64,000 nt of DNA from assembly GCF_009914755.1 (NCBI RefSeq), contig NC_060932.1; one strand, 5' to 3'. Of the stretch, positions 1 through 15,024 are shown one piece after another. This stretch comes from the human T2T-CHM13v2.0 reference genome, Homo sapiens. Both the position numbers and the translations under genes were made by a program. How positions within the stretch are numbered: position 1 is the first letter of the stretch; each line of letters starts with the position of its first letter. The notes below the pieces were generated by a model. It was not told where the DNA came from, searched no databases, and saw only the letters and a program-made list of their open reading frames with translations.

Positions 1-1646
<1,646 letters not shown>

Positions 1647-2549
1647 ATGACCAATTAAATGTGCACAGTTTAAAGTTCTTGTCACAACCATCATTTTTTA
1701 AAACTTGAAATAAATGTGTGTTCCAGTTGTTGATTTTGTTGACTTTCTTACTAAGAGAGCTTCATATTGTGAACTTTCCATATATTTTCAAATTTTAGCT
1801 GTTAAATTTGTTTCGAGTGGGAAGTTTTAGTTTTTCCCTCTTTTTCCTCCCAGATTCACCTTCTTCTGGTCTGGCATTCTTGGCAGCTTCCAGTATCCAC
1901 CCACCTTCACTGACTCTAGGCTTTCAGTTGAGAACCAGGTCTTACAGTGATTTTTCAGAGCTCTCTGCCTCTGATATTGTGGCTATCACAAACCAATCAC
2001 CGAGCCAACAGGCATCTTGGTTCAGTTCTATGGGGATGAATGCTTGTTCTATCCCCCCAGAACCTCTGAGAGCATCTTGTGAAGTCACAATTTCAGGAAG
2101 CAAAAACAGAGCCATTCTCCCCTTTTCCACATAAGAAAAGTGCCTCTACCTCAGTTCCAGGCTTCATTGAGCCTGTCCTTAGTATTTTTTGTGAAAGCAC
2201 TATCCACATTTCTCTCTAAAGATTAAAACTTTCACAGCCACTGCTGGCTCACAGACCAGGGTCCAGCAGGTCTGAGGCTTCATTTTCATTTATCGTTTTT
2301 GTGTTTCTTTCCTGTTTTTGATTGCATATATAACTCATCTTTTAAACCCATCAGTGCCTTTCTGCATGGCCTCTTTTAATATTTTATTGCTGTATATTTG
2401 AAGTAAAAGAAGTATATTAGAATGTGAACGGTACTGCTTGAAACAAAACCTGAACTAGCACTAATATCATTTTATCTGTGTGACTTTATGATAGAGCTTT
2501 ATCAAATTGCCTGGATATACATACACACACAAACACAATTAGTTAATGT

Positions 2550-2745
2550 AAAAGCTGGAGAAAACTGCATGTGCTCCATAATAATTAATAGTATTGTACC
2601 AATGTCAATTCCTTGTTTGATATTTACAACAGTTATATATGATGTTGCAGAGGGGAAAGCCAAATGAAGTGTTCCCAGGATTCAATGTACTATGTTTGCA
2701 ACTTTCTGTGAGATCGTAATTATTTCAAAAGAAAAAGTTTAAAAA
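2550..2745 (+). mobile_element. Ancient L1MC/ME 3' end fragment
   Basis: gtattgtaccaatgtcaattcct...tgtactatgtttgcaactttctgtgag...ttatttcaaaa...aaagtttaaaaa resembles L1M 3'UTR termini. Confidence 0.65.
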
Positions 2746-2959
2746 CTAAGGTTATATAGTTATACAAATATCAAATTGCTTTTATCATTTTTCATTCAAG
2801 AACTAGGCAGTTCTGAGGAAAAACAAATGATATGCCATATAAAGTCATTTGGCCCTGTACATGATGCATGGAAAGCATTAATTAAATTTTATTTTATCTC
2901 CTTTCCTAGTAATCATATTTCTATGCCAACTTTTTTTTCCCAGTGTGATCTACCTTGTG

Positions 2960-3260
2960 TCTTGTTTGTTCATTTATTTGTTCACATAGCAAATTCTTTT
3001 GAAGCACCAATTATGTGTCAAGCACTACATTAAGCCCTGGAATATCAAAGATTAATAAGATAGAATTTCTTTATCCAAGGTTCTTCTAATCTATTGGAAA
3101 GGAAAAAACATGTAAGCAGCTACAAAATAATCTGATAATTATATGAAGTAAGTGCTGCCAGAACACAGAAGAGGGAACATTTGTCTTTGTGACTCAGTTA
3201 CAGCATCCCAGAGTATATACAGGCTAGATCCTAAAGGGTAAGGAGGGATTTTTCAGAATG
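2960..3260 (-). mobile_element. L2 3' fragment
   Basis: ttcatttatttgttcac...tttgaagcaccaattatgtgtcaagcac is the typical antisense L2 3' end. Confidence 0.6.
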
Positions 3261-3269
3261 TGAGGAATT

Positions 3270-3550
3270 TTATGGGATAACTGGCCTGATTTCTTACAAA
3301 TGAATGATATGAATAAAAAGCATGCTGGGAAGATTGCTACAGATTAAAAGATACTTAAGAAGGAAATCAACCAAATGATAGTCATCATTTGAATAAAACA
3401 ACTGCAAAAAGACATTCATGGTATAATCAAAGAAATTTGAAAACAAATTGGATGGATAGTAAGAAATTATTGTTAATACTGAGTAATAGTAATGGCATGC
3501 CCAAAGATATAATATTGTTAATAATACTGGGAGTTACAGAATTATCGTTA

Positions 3551-3582
<32 letters not shown>

Positions 3583-3855
3583 ATTGTTATTTTTGTTAGG
3601 CACAATAACAGTATTGTTATTTAACTTATATCCTTTATGTCAGAGTTACAAACTGAAGTATTCACAAATAAAATGATATGATGACTGGGACTTGCCATAA
3701 AATGCTCTAGAAAACAACATTGTGGAAGATAGATGACATATGATGAATAAAAAGTGACTAAATCTTGAACTTGGTGTATGGGTGAATGGAAATTCATTAA
3801 CACTGTTCTCCCTGTGCTAATTCTATGTTTGGAAATTCCCATAATAAAAAGTAAA
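3270..3855 (+). mobile_element. Ancient L1MC/ME 3' end with internal (TA)n
   Basis: attaaaagatacttaaga...aatcaaccaaatg, actgaagtattcacaaataaaatgatatga, ending ccataataaaaagtaaaa. Confidence 0.6.
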
Positions 3856-4329
3856 ATTTATTCCACAATCATCAACATTTTACGTAGCAGATTCAGATTA
3901 TTTAGCGCCTAATCTTCATTTTAATTTATTCTGAGTCATAGATAGCATTGATTAATTGTCTCAGTCATGGTAGTAATATTTTCTTCTCAGTCATAGTCTC
4001 TTGTATTTCAGTTAGGTACCAGCCATGTCATCAGGAATTAAAAAAATTTTAGTGAAGTTATTTGTGTTTCCTCTGTGCATTGGATGAAGATGACATTTTT
4101 TTCAGAGAAATTACTGGGAAAAAAAAATCACTCTGCCTTCTTTAACATTCCATGTGTGAGTGATTTTATCGGCTCTGAAATTGTAAACCCACACTTTTGA
4201 CTCTGAGAATAAGCTGATAAGATTTTAAAACCTTCTACCCAAAAGACTGCACAATAATTTTTTTAAAAACTTCAAGTAGTCTCAATAAATACATTTTGCT
4301 TTTTAAAAATAAGCAAAATATAAAATGTT

Positions 4330-5200
4330 TGGAGCTAAGGATGCTGGATGAAGGAAGAAAAGAAAAATCACTCCAGGCAGGGAAAGCAGCAAATTTTTTA
4401 ACAAAAAGCTTATGTTAGGAAAATGTTGAAATATTGACTGGAAAACTGGGAACCAAGGTGGGGACAGTGAGGATATGAAGCTGAAAGATAGTTAGGAACC
4501 ACATGACTAATAGTATTTCCAAACTAACAAGTTCTTCCCCACAAAGAATTTTACTGTTTAATCCCTATAGGCAAGAGATAACCAATGCAGATTTGCAACG
4601 AAGGAATAACAGAGCTGTGTTTGTTTTGTATGTATCTCAGGTAGTGATATGGAGTATGGAATAAAGGAAGAATGAGCTGGCATCAGGGGAATCAATGAGG
4701 AACCTTTTTTAATAGTATAAACAATAGACAATGAGGGCTAAACTACATCATGGCATTGAGAATGGAAGTAAATGCTTTGTCTGCAACTAATTCAGTTAAG
4801 ACTTCGAGGCTCACTGTAAGAGGTGGGAAGAAGAGGAACATATTACTTGATGGTAACATCATTAACCAAGTGTGAGAATATGGAACTTAGAGTAGGCTTG
4901 GGGAGGGAGGACGTAATGAGCACAGTATTAGACATGTTAATCATGAAGCTCTATAGGACAACCAGGCAGAGCTCATGGCTGGAGGCTAGCTGTCCTTTGC
5001 TGAAGCAAAATATATTGTCTATTGTAGAATGAGAAGACCGAAGGCAAAACTCTGGTGAACCGACAAACTAATATGTGAAAGAACTTGTAGGCTGAAAGAG
5101 TAATGGGCAGAGACGAGGAGAACCATAGTAAAATATTGTCTAGGGTAATTTCAGAAAAACTTCTTGGAGTAAGTGAGATGAAGCTTGATTATGTTAGAAT
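4330..5200 (-). mobile_element. Degraded L2 body
   Basis: Purine-rich L2-like motifs (ccaggcagggaaagcagc, tatgaagctgaaagatag, agacatgttaa). Boundaries approximate. Confidence 0.45.
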
Positions 5201-7168
5201 ACCATATTAGGGAGCTGTAAGAATCCATGAAGAAGAAACTCTAAGTAAACAAACATAAACATGAATGTGCATATTTAGCTAAGTAATTTGAAGCAATCTG
5301 AGTCTACAAAGCCTTTATTTTTGTTTAATTATCTTTGTGCTATTTGCTTCCTGGTAGTTTATATTCTCCCAAACTTATCATGGGCATAATTAAAAGCAGG
5401 AGAATTTTAATTAATGCTGATTGCATTTTATTGTGAGACAGTTGCAAAATTCAAAGCCTTTGCATCTTATAACAATGAGCTGCAGGGTTTTAGCTCTTGG
5501 TTTTTATAAAATGACAGTTGAGGTAAGAATGATACCAATAATTCCCTGGTATCATGTCTTTCCCTTCTTTATTGATAGTAAATGTTTCCTTTTATTTTGT
5601 ATCTACAAAGTCAATTCTCAGATATCTCCCTGCCAAACGTGAGAATCTGTGGCAAAATTTTACATTATTAAAATAGAAACACAATGGTGGGTTTTATTTT
5701 ATCCTTTGCTTATTTGTCTGTTTCCTCTTTCACTATATCAAGACAGAGGTCTTGTCTCCATACCAAAGTTCAGTTTTTATACTCAAACACTTAAATATCT
5801 TTTCTATTCTTAACAAAAGTTTCTGGGAAATTTTTCTTTTAAGGTTATGATGTTTCTTTTCAGAAGAAGGAGAAAGAGCAGTTGAATACTGGCTGGTGCT
5901 TTCCATTAGTGTTACAGGTAATTTCATGTGTAATGAGGGGAACTCTTTGGGCAAGAAACAGAATTTGGAAGACAATTCTGCTTCCCTTTTTGAATTGTGT
6001 CATTATTTTAAAAGTGTTCATCAATTTCTAAATCATATACTGAAAGTAGAAGACACATACCTATGTGTCCTGATCTACATCTTTAACAAAGAAACGTAAG
6101 CATTAGTTGAGATGATAAAATATGACATATAAGCTTGCTAAAATGACCTTTTTCAGCTCCTGTACCCTTCTCTTTTGGAGGACACGACAGGTGGGTGTTC
6201 CCTGAGAAGGTATTCACAAGCCCATGAGTGTGAGTTTTACTAAATGACATTAAATTATTGAAAATGTAAAATTGGGAAAATAATGAATTTTTATTTGCCA
6301 AATAAAAATTCGGCGAATTTTTATTTGCCAACAGAGACCCCCCAGAAGCTGTACTTTTCGATGCAATGTTCCTATAGCCTTGCTACGGAAAAGCCTTTAT
6401 AGAGGGTGATGGGCAAAGCCACAGATTAGGGCTGGAAAAAAATCCCTCCAGGATACAAATTTGAAGATTCATTTTTCTCATTACTGGTTTACAACCCAGT
6501 GTGAAGCTTAAATTGGATTGATCAAGGTGGAAAAATCTTTCTGTTATCAAAATGGAGCATATTGCCAAAAGGAAAAGGCACCAACTGACCTATAGTGATT
6601 GTTCTATTGCTGATTTTATCTTCTTCATGCTAGGGCATAATTTATTTCCTCTCACTGGAATGGAAGAGAATCTTTGAAGGAGTCTGAGTAAAAGGCAGCA
6701 AAAGGAAAATTCTATTGATAAAAATACAAAACTTGAAAGCAGTTGAAATCTTTAATATAAGAAGTGTTTCAAGAACATTAATATGAGGTAAATTATGTAC
6801 TAATCAATTTTAAAGCATTTTACCTTAACAGTCTGACCCGCATGTACATAACATACATGCTGATTTTGCATGGCTTCTTAAGTATTAGAATGAAAGTATC
6901 CCAAAATACCTAAATACCTAAATTAACTAATCTAGGAGGATCTAAGTAAGGACAATACAAGGAACACTTATGTTTGAACCCAGTTTGGAACATAATTTTC
7001 AACTCTTTCTCATTTTCTGCACTGATGTGGGAGGTCACTGATGTTATATTATACTTGTCATTCTTGGGCTAAATATTCAACCTGCACTGTTATGTGTACC
7101 TTGAGGAGTCCTAGGAGCAGTCCTTAGGGGACTTCCTTTTGCCGAAGGTGTTTGCTAGTGAATAAATG

Positions 7169-7750
7169 CAGTCGTGCATCACTTAATGACAAGGAAACAT
7201 CCTGAGAAGTGCATTCTTAGGCAATTTTGTCTCTGTGTGAACATCACAGAATGTACCTCCACACATCTAGATGGCATAGCCTTCTACACACTTAGGTTAT
7301 GTGGCATAGCCTATTGTTCCTAGGCTACAAACCTGTACAGCATGTTATTGTAGGCAATTGTAACACAATAGTAATTATGTAGATATCTAAACATAGAACA
7401 GGTACAGTAAAAATGTAGGTGGTATAAAAGATTTAAAATGGTACATCTGTACAGAGCACTTAGCATGAGTGGAGCATGCAGGACTGGAAGTTGCTCTGGG
7501 TGAGTCAGTGGGTGAGTGGTGAGTGAATGTGAAGGCCTGGGCGATTACTATATACTACTGAAGACTTTATAAACACTGTACACTTAGGCTACACAACTAT
7601 GTTAAAACAATAAGTAATTATACTATGATGTTATGACAGCTGCAATGTCACTAGGCGACAGGATTTTTTCAGCTCCATTATAATCTTATGGTACCATTTT
7701 TATATATTCAGTCCACTATTGACCAATATGTCATATGCAGCAGATGACTA
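7169..7750 (+). mobile_element. Tigger3/MER7-family DNA transposon (~580 bp internal-deletion derivative)
   Basis: Left TIR cagtcgtgcatcacttaatgac, body ctagatggcatagcc...cctaggctacaaacctgtacagcatgtta, right TIR ...gcagcagatgacta. Confidence 0.85.
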
Positions 7751-8193
7751 TATACAAAAGCAAGGGAAACCACAGTTTTTTCTTCCTTGATATCATAATG
7801 TTTAATACAGATAAATTACCTGTAACACTGAACAGAAAATCTCACAGGATATAGTTCAATAATGTTATGGAGCTGAAGACTGATAGCAAAGTCAAATACA
7901 GTATTTATAAAATGAATTTTTTGTGTAATTAGTTTTAAAACCTAGCATCATACTAAGGCCCTCAGATTTCAACAAAAAGAAGAATGTTGCTTTGAGACGA
8001 TTAAAACAGACTGATTAAGAAAGCCCTTCGTAACCTGGCACAAATCTACCTTTCCACTTCAAGACAGCCACTTTCTGTTATGCAGCTCAAGTGTAGGAGT
8101 ACCTTCCACCTTTATAATCGCTGGAGATTTGTATATTTAGGGCAATAATTTTCTGACAGATGACTAAGGGCAAGGCTTTCTAGTTCTCAGAAA

Positions 8194-8245
8194 AGTGTCA
8201 TTTGGGCTCAAGGTAGTGTCATTCGGGCTCAAGGTAGTGTCATTC
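8194..8245. repeat. 21-bp tandem duplication (~2.5 copies)
   Basis: agtgtcatt(t/c)gggctcaaggt twice, plus partial agtgtcattc. Confidence 0.9.
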
Positions 8246-8291
8246 CAACCTTATTCGCTATAGTATCTAAAATCAAACTCTCACACCAGTT

Positions 8292-8730
8292 GTCTTACAT
8301 TGGATTCCATGAGAAACAAGCTCGCTGGTGGAAAGTTTCATACAAGAAATTTAATGGCATATGTGCTTGCATGAATGAACACCTGGAGGAAGTACAGGAA
8401 GTAGGATTAAGCAGAGGGGAGAACTGAACTGCTATGCAATCTTAACAAAGACATCAGGCAATTCCATGGGAACACTTGAGCTGTGATATCCCTTCAAAAT
8501 TGTTCACTTTGAGGGAAGGAGATTGAGATTTTATACCCCTGCATTGACCAGCCATTGGATATGGACTCTTACAGGATAGAGGACATGACATTGGGTCAGA
8601 CATTTTTCTTCAGCTGAGAGTAATTCCGTGAAAGTATCTGAGCAGTAAACTATCAACCACCAATATTCTCAATAGCTGAGAGAATGAGTACTTGGTCCCG
8701 TATGGGGAATTTGAGTGGCATGCCACTACA
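8292..8730 (-). mobile_element. ERVL-class solo LTR (LTR16-like)
   Basis: tgtcttacattggattcc...gaagtaggattaagcagaggga...ttatacccctgcattgaccagccattggat...actaca resembles the recalled LTR16 consensus. Confidence 0.55.
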
Positions 8731-8779
8731 CCTACTACACTAGCCCTACCTTTGCAGTATTCTCATTGTTTCTCCTATC

Positions 8780-9050
8780 CATTAATGTAACAGATATTTA
8801 TTAGGTACCCAACCTACTGGATGCCAGACATCTGCTGGGTCTTGGCAACATAAATTTGAATATAAAGTGATTCTGCAGTCTAAGCGGAAAAAATACCACC
8901 TCTTCAACACACACACACACACACACACACAAATAGTGGTGAGTGCTCTAAAAATGATAGACACAACATGCTTTGGAAATGCAAAGGAGAAAATGTTTGA
9001 CTTCCTGGGGAAATTTAGTCAGACTTCATGGGAGAAACATGAGCCTAACA
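8780..9050 (-). mobile_element. L2 fragment with (CA)n at ~8907-8930
   Basis: aacagatatttattaggtacc...gatgccagacatctgctggg L2 3'-end motif. Confidence 0.5.
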
Positions 9051-9998
9051 TATGTATATTGCAATTTCCATGCTTTCTACTTGCCCTGATTGTCCTCTCC
9101 ACTATTTTTCACCTATTTAGAGCCTCTTCTATATGGCTCTGACCAGTCCTAACTCTACCACAAGCTTTATATCTACCACTCTTTAACCCACTTTATGATC
9201 TGAGCAACCTCTGTTGTGAACTGCACTAGAATTAGCCCCTGATGCCACATGCCATTTACCTTCTCCTGGAGGTGTCATGTCACTCTATCTAAATGGCAAA
9301 ACCAGCAGGACAGGGTCAACACAATACTTAAGTGAAGATTGTCATATCACAGAATGCAGAACCCAAAAAGTATTTAGAGATGATCTTGACCAAGCATGTC
9401 AAATGCAGGGGAGTGGGGCAGGCAAGAAAGGAAATTGTGATTTTCTTGAGGTATTTCAGCAAAGAAAGCAAAGATTTAAGCTTAGGACCAAGTCCATGGA
9501 CCCCACCCATTGCCTTACACTATCTCTGCCAATGAATGAAACCATTCACAGGTTTAGTCTTAAAAAAAGTTTAAGGAAACTTTGAAGTATGTGTTAGAAA
9601 GTAGACTTTTTTCACCAAAGTAATAGACAAACTTTATCCAGCTGAGTGATCTTATTTATAACTCCCATGGACTATTCTGTTTTACTAGACACATTTAGGG
9701 GAAGATCAAAAGTATCTTTTATTGGAGATTCAACAAATGGTTGGGGCAAATCCATAATAAATTGTGTATGTCCAATTGAGCTACTATGGAGAAACTGAAA
9801 ATATTGAAAATGTTTTTGTTCTCTCTAATCTTTATAGTCTGTTTCCAAAAATGTCCAGGTGATATAATGAGACAAAATTCACTAGTTTAGATAAACTACT
9901 GGCTTGAATGGCTTTGACAATTTGTGTATCTGCATGTGTGTGTGTTTGTCGTCTTTATGCATAGCTATATTTAAACCAGCCAAACCTACTGAGCGAAA

Positions 9999-10167
9999 CA
10001 ATGGTCCCTAAACCTGACTGACAATCAGAATTACCCAGAGGTATTTTCAAATATTCCTGAGTCCCAGTCTCTGGAGATGTGCACTGACCATGTATGATAT
10101 GTGGTCTAAACAGCTACCTATGAGAGGCTCCCCAGATAATCTTCAGTGCAGCCAGGCTTAGAAATTG
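9999..10167. mobile_element. MER5-like hAT-Charlie MITE
   Basis: caatggtccctaaacctgactgacaatcagaattaccc...cccagataatcttcagtgcagccaggcttagaaattg. Confidence 0.55.
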
Positions 10168-12249
10168 TATTATAAAGTATGGGGTGACAGAGCTTGGCTG
10201 CTCTGTGGTGCTGCTACAGAGGGCAGAGTGGTCCTGCCCTCTGGCTTATGGCCCCTGACTGCTGGTCAGCTTCAGGCAGCCCCACTAGTCACAGAGAGGT
10301 CTGGAGTGAGGGAAGGAAGGGCACCGCAGCAGCCATGCCGTGAAAACTGACAAACATATTTTACATGCCATGTCAATAGCATCCCTGAAGGTGAGTTCTA
10401 ACAAGTGCCTCACTCTAATATAATACTTGCTCCTGGCTCAGGCCTCCTCCTCCCCTAATCATCGAGTCACGTACTCTACACCCTTCTCTGCTCATCTCTG
10501 ATAATCATGTTGGAAATTGCCTAAAGAGATACTGCACTTTAATAACCTATGTTATCTTAGCCTCATTTCCTAACTTAAAAGAACAATAGATCGTTGGAAA
10601 TACCATGAAGGCAATTTGAGCCATAAAGGCATAAACAAAAATAGGTATTACCATAAGAGTAACAAGTGGTGTGTGTGTGTGTTTGTGTGTGTGTGTATTC
10701 TTAAAAATCTAGTCCAAGAAAATGAACTTTATTTATTTAAATTTGCTTGAGTAAGGCCTTATGCAGTTATTATGATGGCAGATCAAACCCTGCTCAAAAA
10801 TGTGATCATCATCTCTACTGACTTCTATATTCTCTTTAATTCAGAATTATTAAGTTCTCTTAGGCAGTACATATTAAAATTTCCTTGGAGCAAGAGTCTC
10901 TTTTCTCTAACTGTGTTAAATAAGATTTCCCACGTAAAATATTTCTATCCATTCCATAGTAACAAGGCTGATTTTAAATGGATGAACGTAGAGAAATTGA
11001 GTTCCATTCCCTAAACACTCCATAATTACCAAATAACAGGCACTGATTGCTCCAAGACAAAAACCTGATCTCATTAGTACCTGCTGTTTGGGTAGGGAGA
11101 AGACAATTACATGTGAAGGGTACTAAGCTTTTGGAAATGCTAATTAATTATACATTATTTATTGGAAATACAATGCTCTCCTTGTACTGTAGCTAGGAAA
11201 ACAGAGGAAGTGTAAGAACTTAAACAGCTGAGACATGCTGAATTGTAATGAACTATAGTCATTGTTTCAAATCTGGGATCCTTTACTGGTTTAAATACAA
11301 TACCTACTCTCAAAGTCTTTTTCTTTTATCAGAACGGGCTATCAAGGTCTAAGAGTGTGGAAAGGAAATTACTCAGTTATTTGGCAGGCTTTAGCCAAAC
11401 TAAGCTGGTATAGGTGGTTTAATTTTCATTTTACAAAGGTAAATAATAGATAAATAAGTAACAGTAAATAGTAAATAAACAATTTCCCAGCCCAAACCAA
11501 AAGGCTGGTATCAATAAAGAGATAGGAGCTTGGCATGTGATGGTTTCTGACAAAGTAAATTGCTTTGCATCATTGTTGTAGAATTGTACCCATGCTATAA
11601 AGTCTTTATACAGTGCTTTCCTGTTAGCTGGCATTAGTAACAAAAGACTAAGAGAGCATGGGATCTCTTTACACACGAGGCAAAGAACTGGAAGTAAGGA
11701 CTTCCATTTCTCACAAGCCTAGCAATTTGCCTTCTCTGCAGTTTATATGTCAAGTGTGCCAGGGAAAAAAATAGCCTTACAGGTTAAACTGAGCAGTGTT
11801 ACCTTGATTTGCTCTCATAATGTGATTTTTAATAATTATCCATCAATTCTTCCAAATATGTGGAGAGCAAATGCTAGAATGTGAAGAATACATATAGTTA
11901 ACTTGAAATTTTTATGTAATTTATTATTTCACCTAAATCATCTGGCTGGCAGCATGACACATGGGCAAGAGGCAGATGACCTGTGTGTCTCTCTGACACC
12001 TGCTCCCAAGTCCATTATTATCCTCAATTGTCTATCACATGAATATGGTAGACCAGATAGAAGTCTACAAACTTAAAAATATATATATTGTGTAAATTTT
12101 AAAACAAATAAGAGTAGACAATACAGTATAATGAAGCTCTATGTATCCACCATTCAGCTTCAACCATTGGCAATACAATTTCTAATAATTAACATTAAGA
12201 AACATTAAGTTAATAAGTACTCACACATGGCTTATATGTAAATTATAAA

Positions 12250-12840
12250 CAGTTATGTTTACATTTATGAGCTACACCAAGGTATTATGCACATTTTAGA
12301 ACACAGATCATAAGTATAAAATTTTAAAACATGGAATAAAATATAATGAAGTTCTGCACATGAAAGTTCATAGCAGATTTATATGTGACAGCTGGGAGCT
12401 AGAAACCATCTAGATGTCCTTCATCAGGTGAAGAGAAAAGCCAACAGGTATATTCACACAATGCAATACTACTCAGTAGTAAAAAAAAAAAATTTAAAAA
12501 AACTATTGCTATCTATTGATATATGCAATAACATTGTAAGCAGCCAGTCTGAAAAGACAACATATTTTGTTGTTCCACTTTTTTTCACATTCTAGAAAAG
12601 ATAAAACTATTGTTACATAAAATTAATCAGTGTTTGCCAGAGGTTATAGGTGGGGTAAGAATATAATTATAAAAGATTATCTGAGACAGTTCTTTGAGGT
12701 GATAAAACTGTCTTGAGCCTAGTTGTAATATGGCTATACAAATCTACACACATATTAAAATTCATAGAACTGCAAAATACATGCCAAAAAAGTCCATTTT
12801 ATTGTATGATAATATACAAAAAAAGAATTAAAAAATAATC
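12250..12840 (+). mobile_element. Ancient L1ME/MD 3' end
   Basis: gttcatagcagatttatatg...ctagaaaccatctagatgtccttcatcagg...aaaattcatagaactg...attttattgtatg, A-rich end. Confidence 0.65.
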
Positions 12841-12984
12841 GAATTTAAATGCTTTCTCTTTACAATCACATGGTTCATTACTCACATTAATTTAAGAACC
12901 AGTAGACTAGATTACCTCTAAGTTCTCTGTTAGTGATGATCATAATCTGAAATAATGAGGTTAATATAATAAACTAGCTAAAAA

Positions 12985-13528
12985 AATTTTGACGCTTCTC
13001 CCATTGAGACAGGAGGAGTCAACACCCACTCTGAATCTGTTAGAGCTCTGTGATTGCTTTGACAAATGGAACACAGAGGAAATGTTACTATGTCTATTTG
13101 GGGAGCCAGATCTTAAGATACTAGAAGCTTCTACCTTGACATGGAACACTTACTCTTGGAACTCAGCCACCATGCTGTGAGAAAGGCCAACCAAGCAGCT
13201 CCGTAGATAATCTCATGAAGAAAGAAACTAAGACTCCTGGCTGAGCTCCCAGCCAGCAGCTAGGACCAACTTGCCAGACATGTGAGTGAGTGAGGCTGTT
13301 GGAAGTAACTATCTAGCTCCAGTCAAACCACCCCTGCTGACGCTGCAAGGATGGAGATGAGACATCCCACCAAGCACTTTCTAAATTTCAGAATCATGAT
13401 CAAAATAAATCACTGGGGTTGTTTCAAGCTGCTAAGTTTTGGGAGGTTTATTATATAGTAATAGTCAATTTGTTTGATAGATAATATAATAATAGATATG
13501 TTTGTTATATAGTAATAGATAATACAGA
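12985..13528 (+). mobile_element. MLT1 (G/H-like) MaLR solo LTR
   Basis: ctctgtgattgctttgac...ggaactcagccaccatgctgtgagaa...aaataaatcactggggttgtttcaagctgctaagttttggg. Confidence 0.7.
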
Positions 13529-13586
13529 ACTTAAACCATTCTTCAAGAAAAAGTAGGCTTCAGAGTCATGAGTTATTGCCTTAATG

Positions 13587-13757
13587 CAGAGGTTTTTTAG
13601 TGTGTCAACCTCAGCAACCTGAATAAGAATGATCTGAAGTGTTGTGAAAAATGCCAAACCTAATGCATCAGAATCTCTTGAATTGGGGATCCAGAAACTC
13701 AGTTTTAACAAGCTTCCCACATGGTTCTTCTGCATCCTAATGTTTGACGCCCAGCAT
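13587..13757. mobile_element. MER5A-like MITE
   Basis: atcagaatctcttgaattggggatccagaaactcagttttaacaagcttcccacatggttct. Confidence 0.6.
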
Positions 13758-14126
13758 TTCAGTCACACTGAAAAGATTAATTGAAAGTAACTGGACCCCA
13801 GGATGATGTCACACGTCACTACCACAAAAGGTAAAGAAACTTAGTGAAGAAAAAAATACCGTAAGCAAACCAGGTAGAGAGGTCCCTGAAGTGGGCTTGT
13901 TCTACAAGACAAAATAGAGCCCAGCAAAGGATAAATTCTAAATGGGCATGAAAAGTAAGAGATAATAAGATCAGGTATATTGCCGAAAATAGATATGACA
14001 TAAACAGACATATCATATTAATAGGATATTTAAGTCCTGTGATTTTATGATTTTTGACAAATTAAATAAGAATGATAACATGAAGGCAAGATTAACAAGG
14101 CTAAATTTATTTTGTTGTTTGTTAAC

Positions 14127-14139
14127 TAGATAGATAGAT

Positions 14140-14170
<31 letters not shown>
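14127..14170. repeat. (GATA)n tetranucleotide microsatellite
   Basis: About 11 units with one GAT interruption. Confidence 0.95.
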
Positions 14171-15024
14171 CTATTTAAAAGGAAAGCCATTTAAAAGCTA
14201 TAACCACCTTTCTTTCTTTATGTAAATACAAACTTTTAAATTCATTAGCAATATTAATGGCTAAACTAGACTCCCATAAGGTATTCTTTTCACTTTCATC
14301 CCAAAATGAAAGAGAGAAAGAGAGAAAAGGAAAAAAAATAATTGCTACATCTGCTTCAAATTAACTTTGAAATAAAGTGGGAAATGAACAAATTGAAGAC
14401 ATAAACATTGTGTTCTAGTTACTAAAAAAGCAAAAGCATGCATCAAAGGAGAAGCCAGAATCCTATTGTAGATATACATATTTCAAACTCAAGAAGCTCA
14501 AAGTAGTCTCTGAAAGGTAGAAATGAAAGGGATCTAAGAGTCATGATAGAACATAGAAAATTTCTAGGTACATTTTCAGAAACCTATATTTTCTGGTTTT
14601 GTTTTCATTTTTTACCAGGGCTAAAAGTCACCTGGCTCAACATTTTCTATAGACTTTTTGTAGCCACTTATACAGTATCTATGATTCATATTTAATTATT
14701 ACTGTTTTCTCCCACTAAGAAACAAAAATCCAGACTTTTCCCTTTATACTCAATATGCAGAAGTGTACTAGGATTAAACCTGGGTTGTAGTAGTAAACTC
14801 AAGAGTTGATATAAATGGTAAATAGCATTAACCAAGGGACTGAATAATAAGATAATACATGTAAACATACTTAATATAGACTCCTGCACATTATAAGGGC
14901 CCAATTAACATAATTTGCCTTAAATTTTTCTAAAGCTAAATTAATTCCTTTTGCTTTATGTTATCTCTATAAAAGTAGTTATATTTCTGAAAACCTGTCA
15001 GAAATTAAGCATAAAACTTCCACT

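Noticed and set aside
8194-8245. Short direct repeats as a CRISPR-like array
   Set aside because: Head-to-tail with no spacers, in eukaryotic DNA; a simple tandem duplication.
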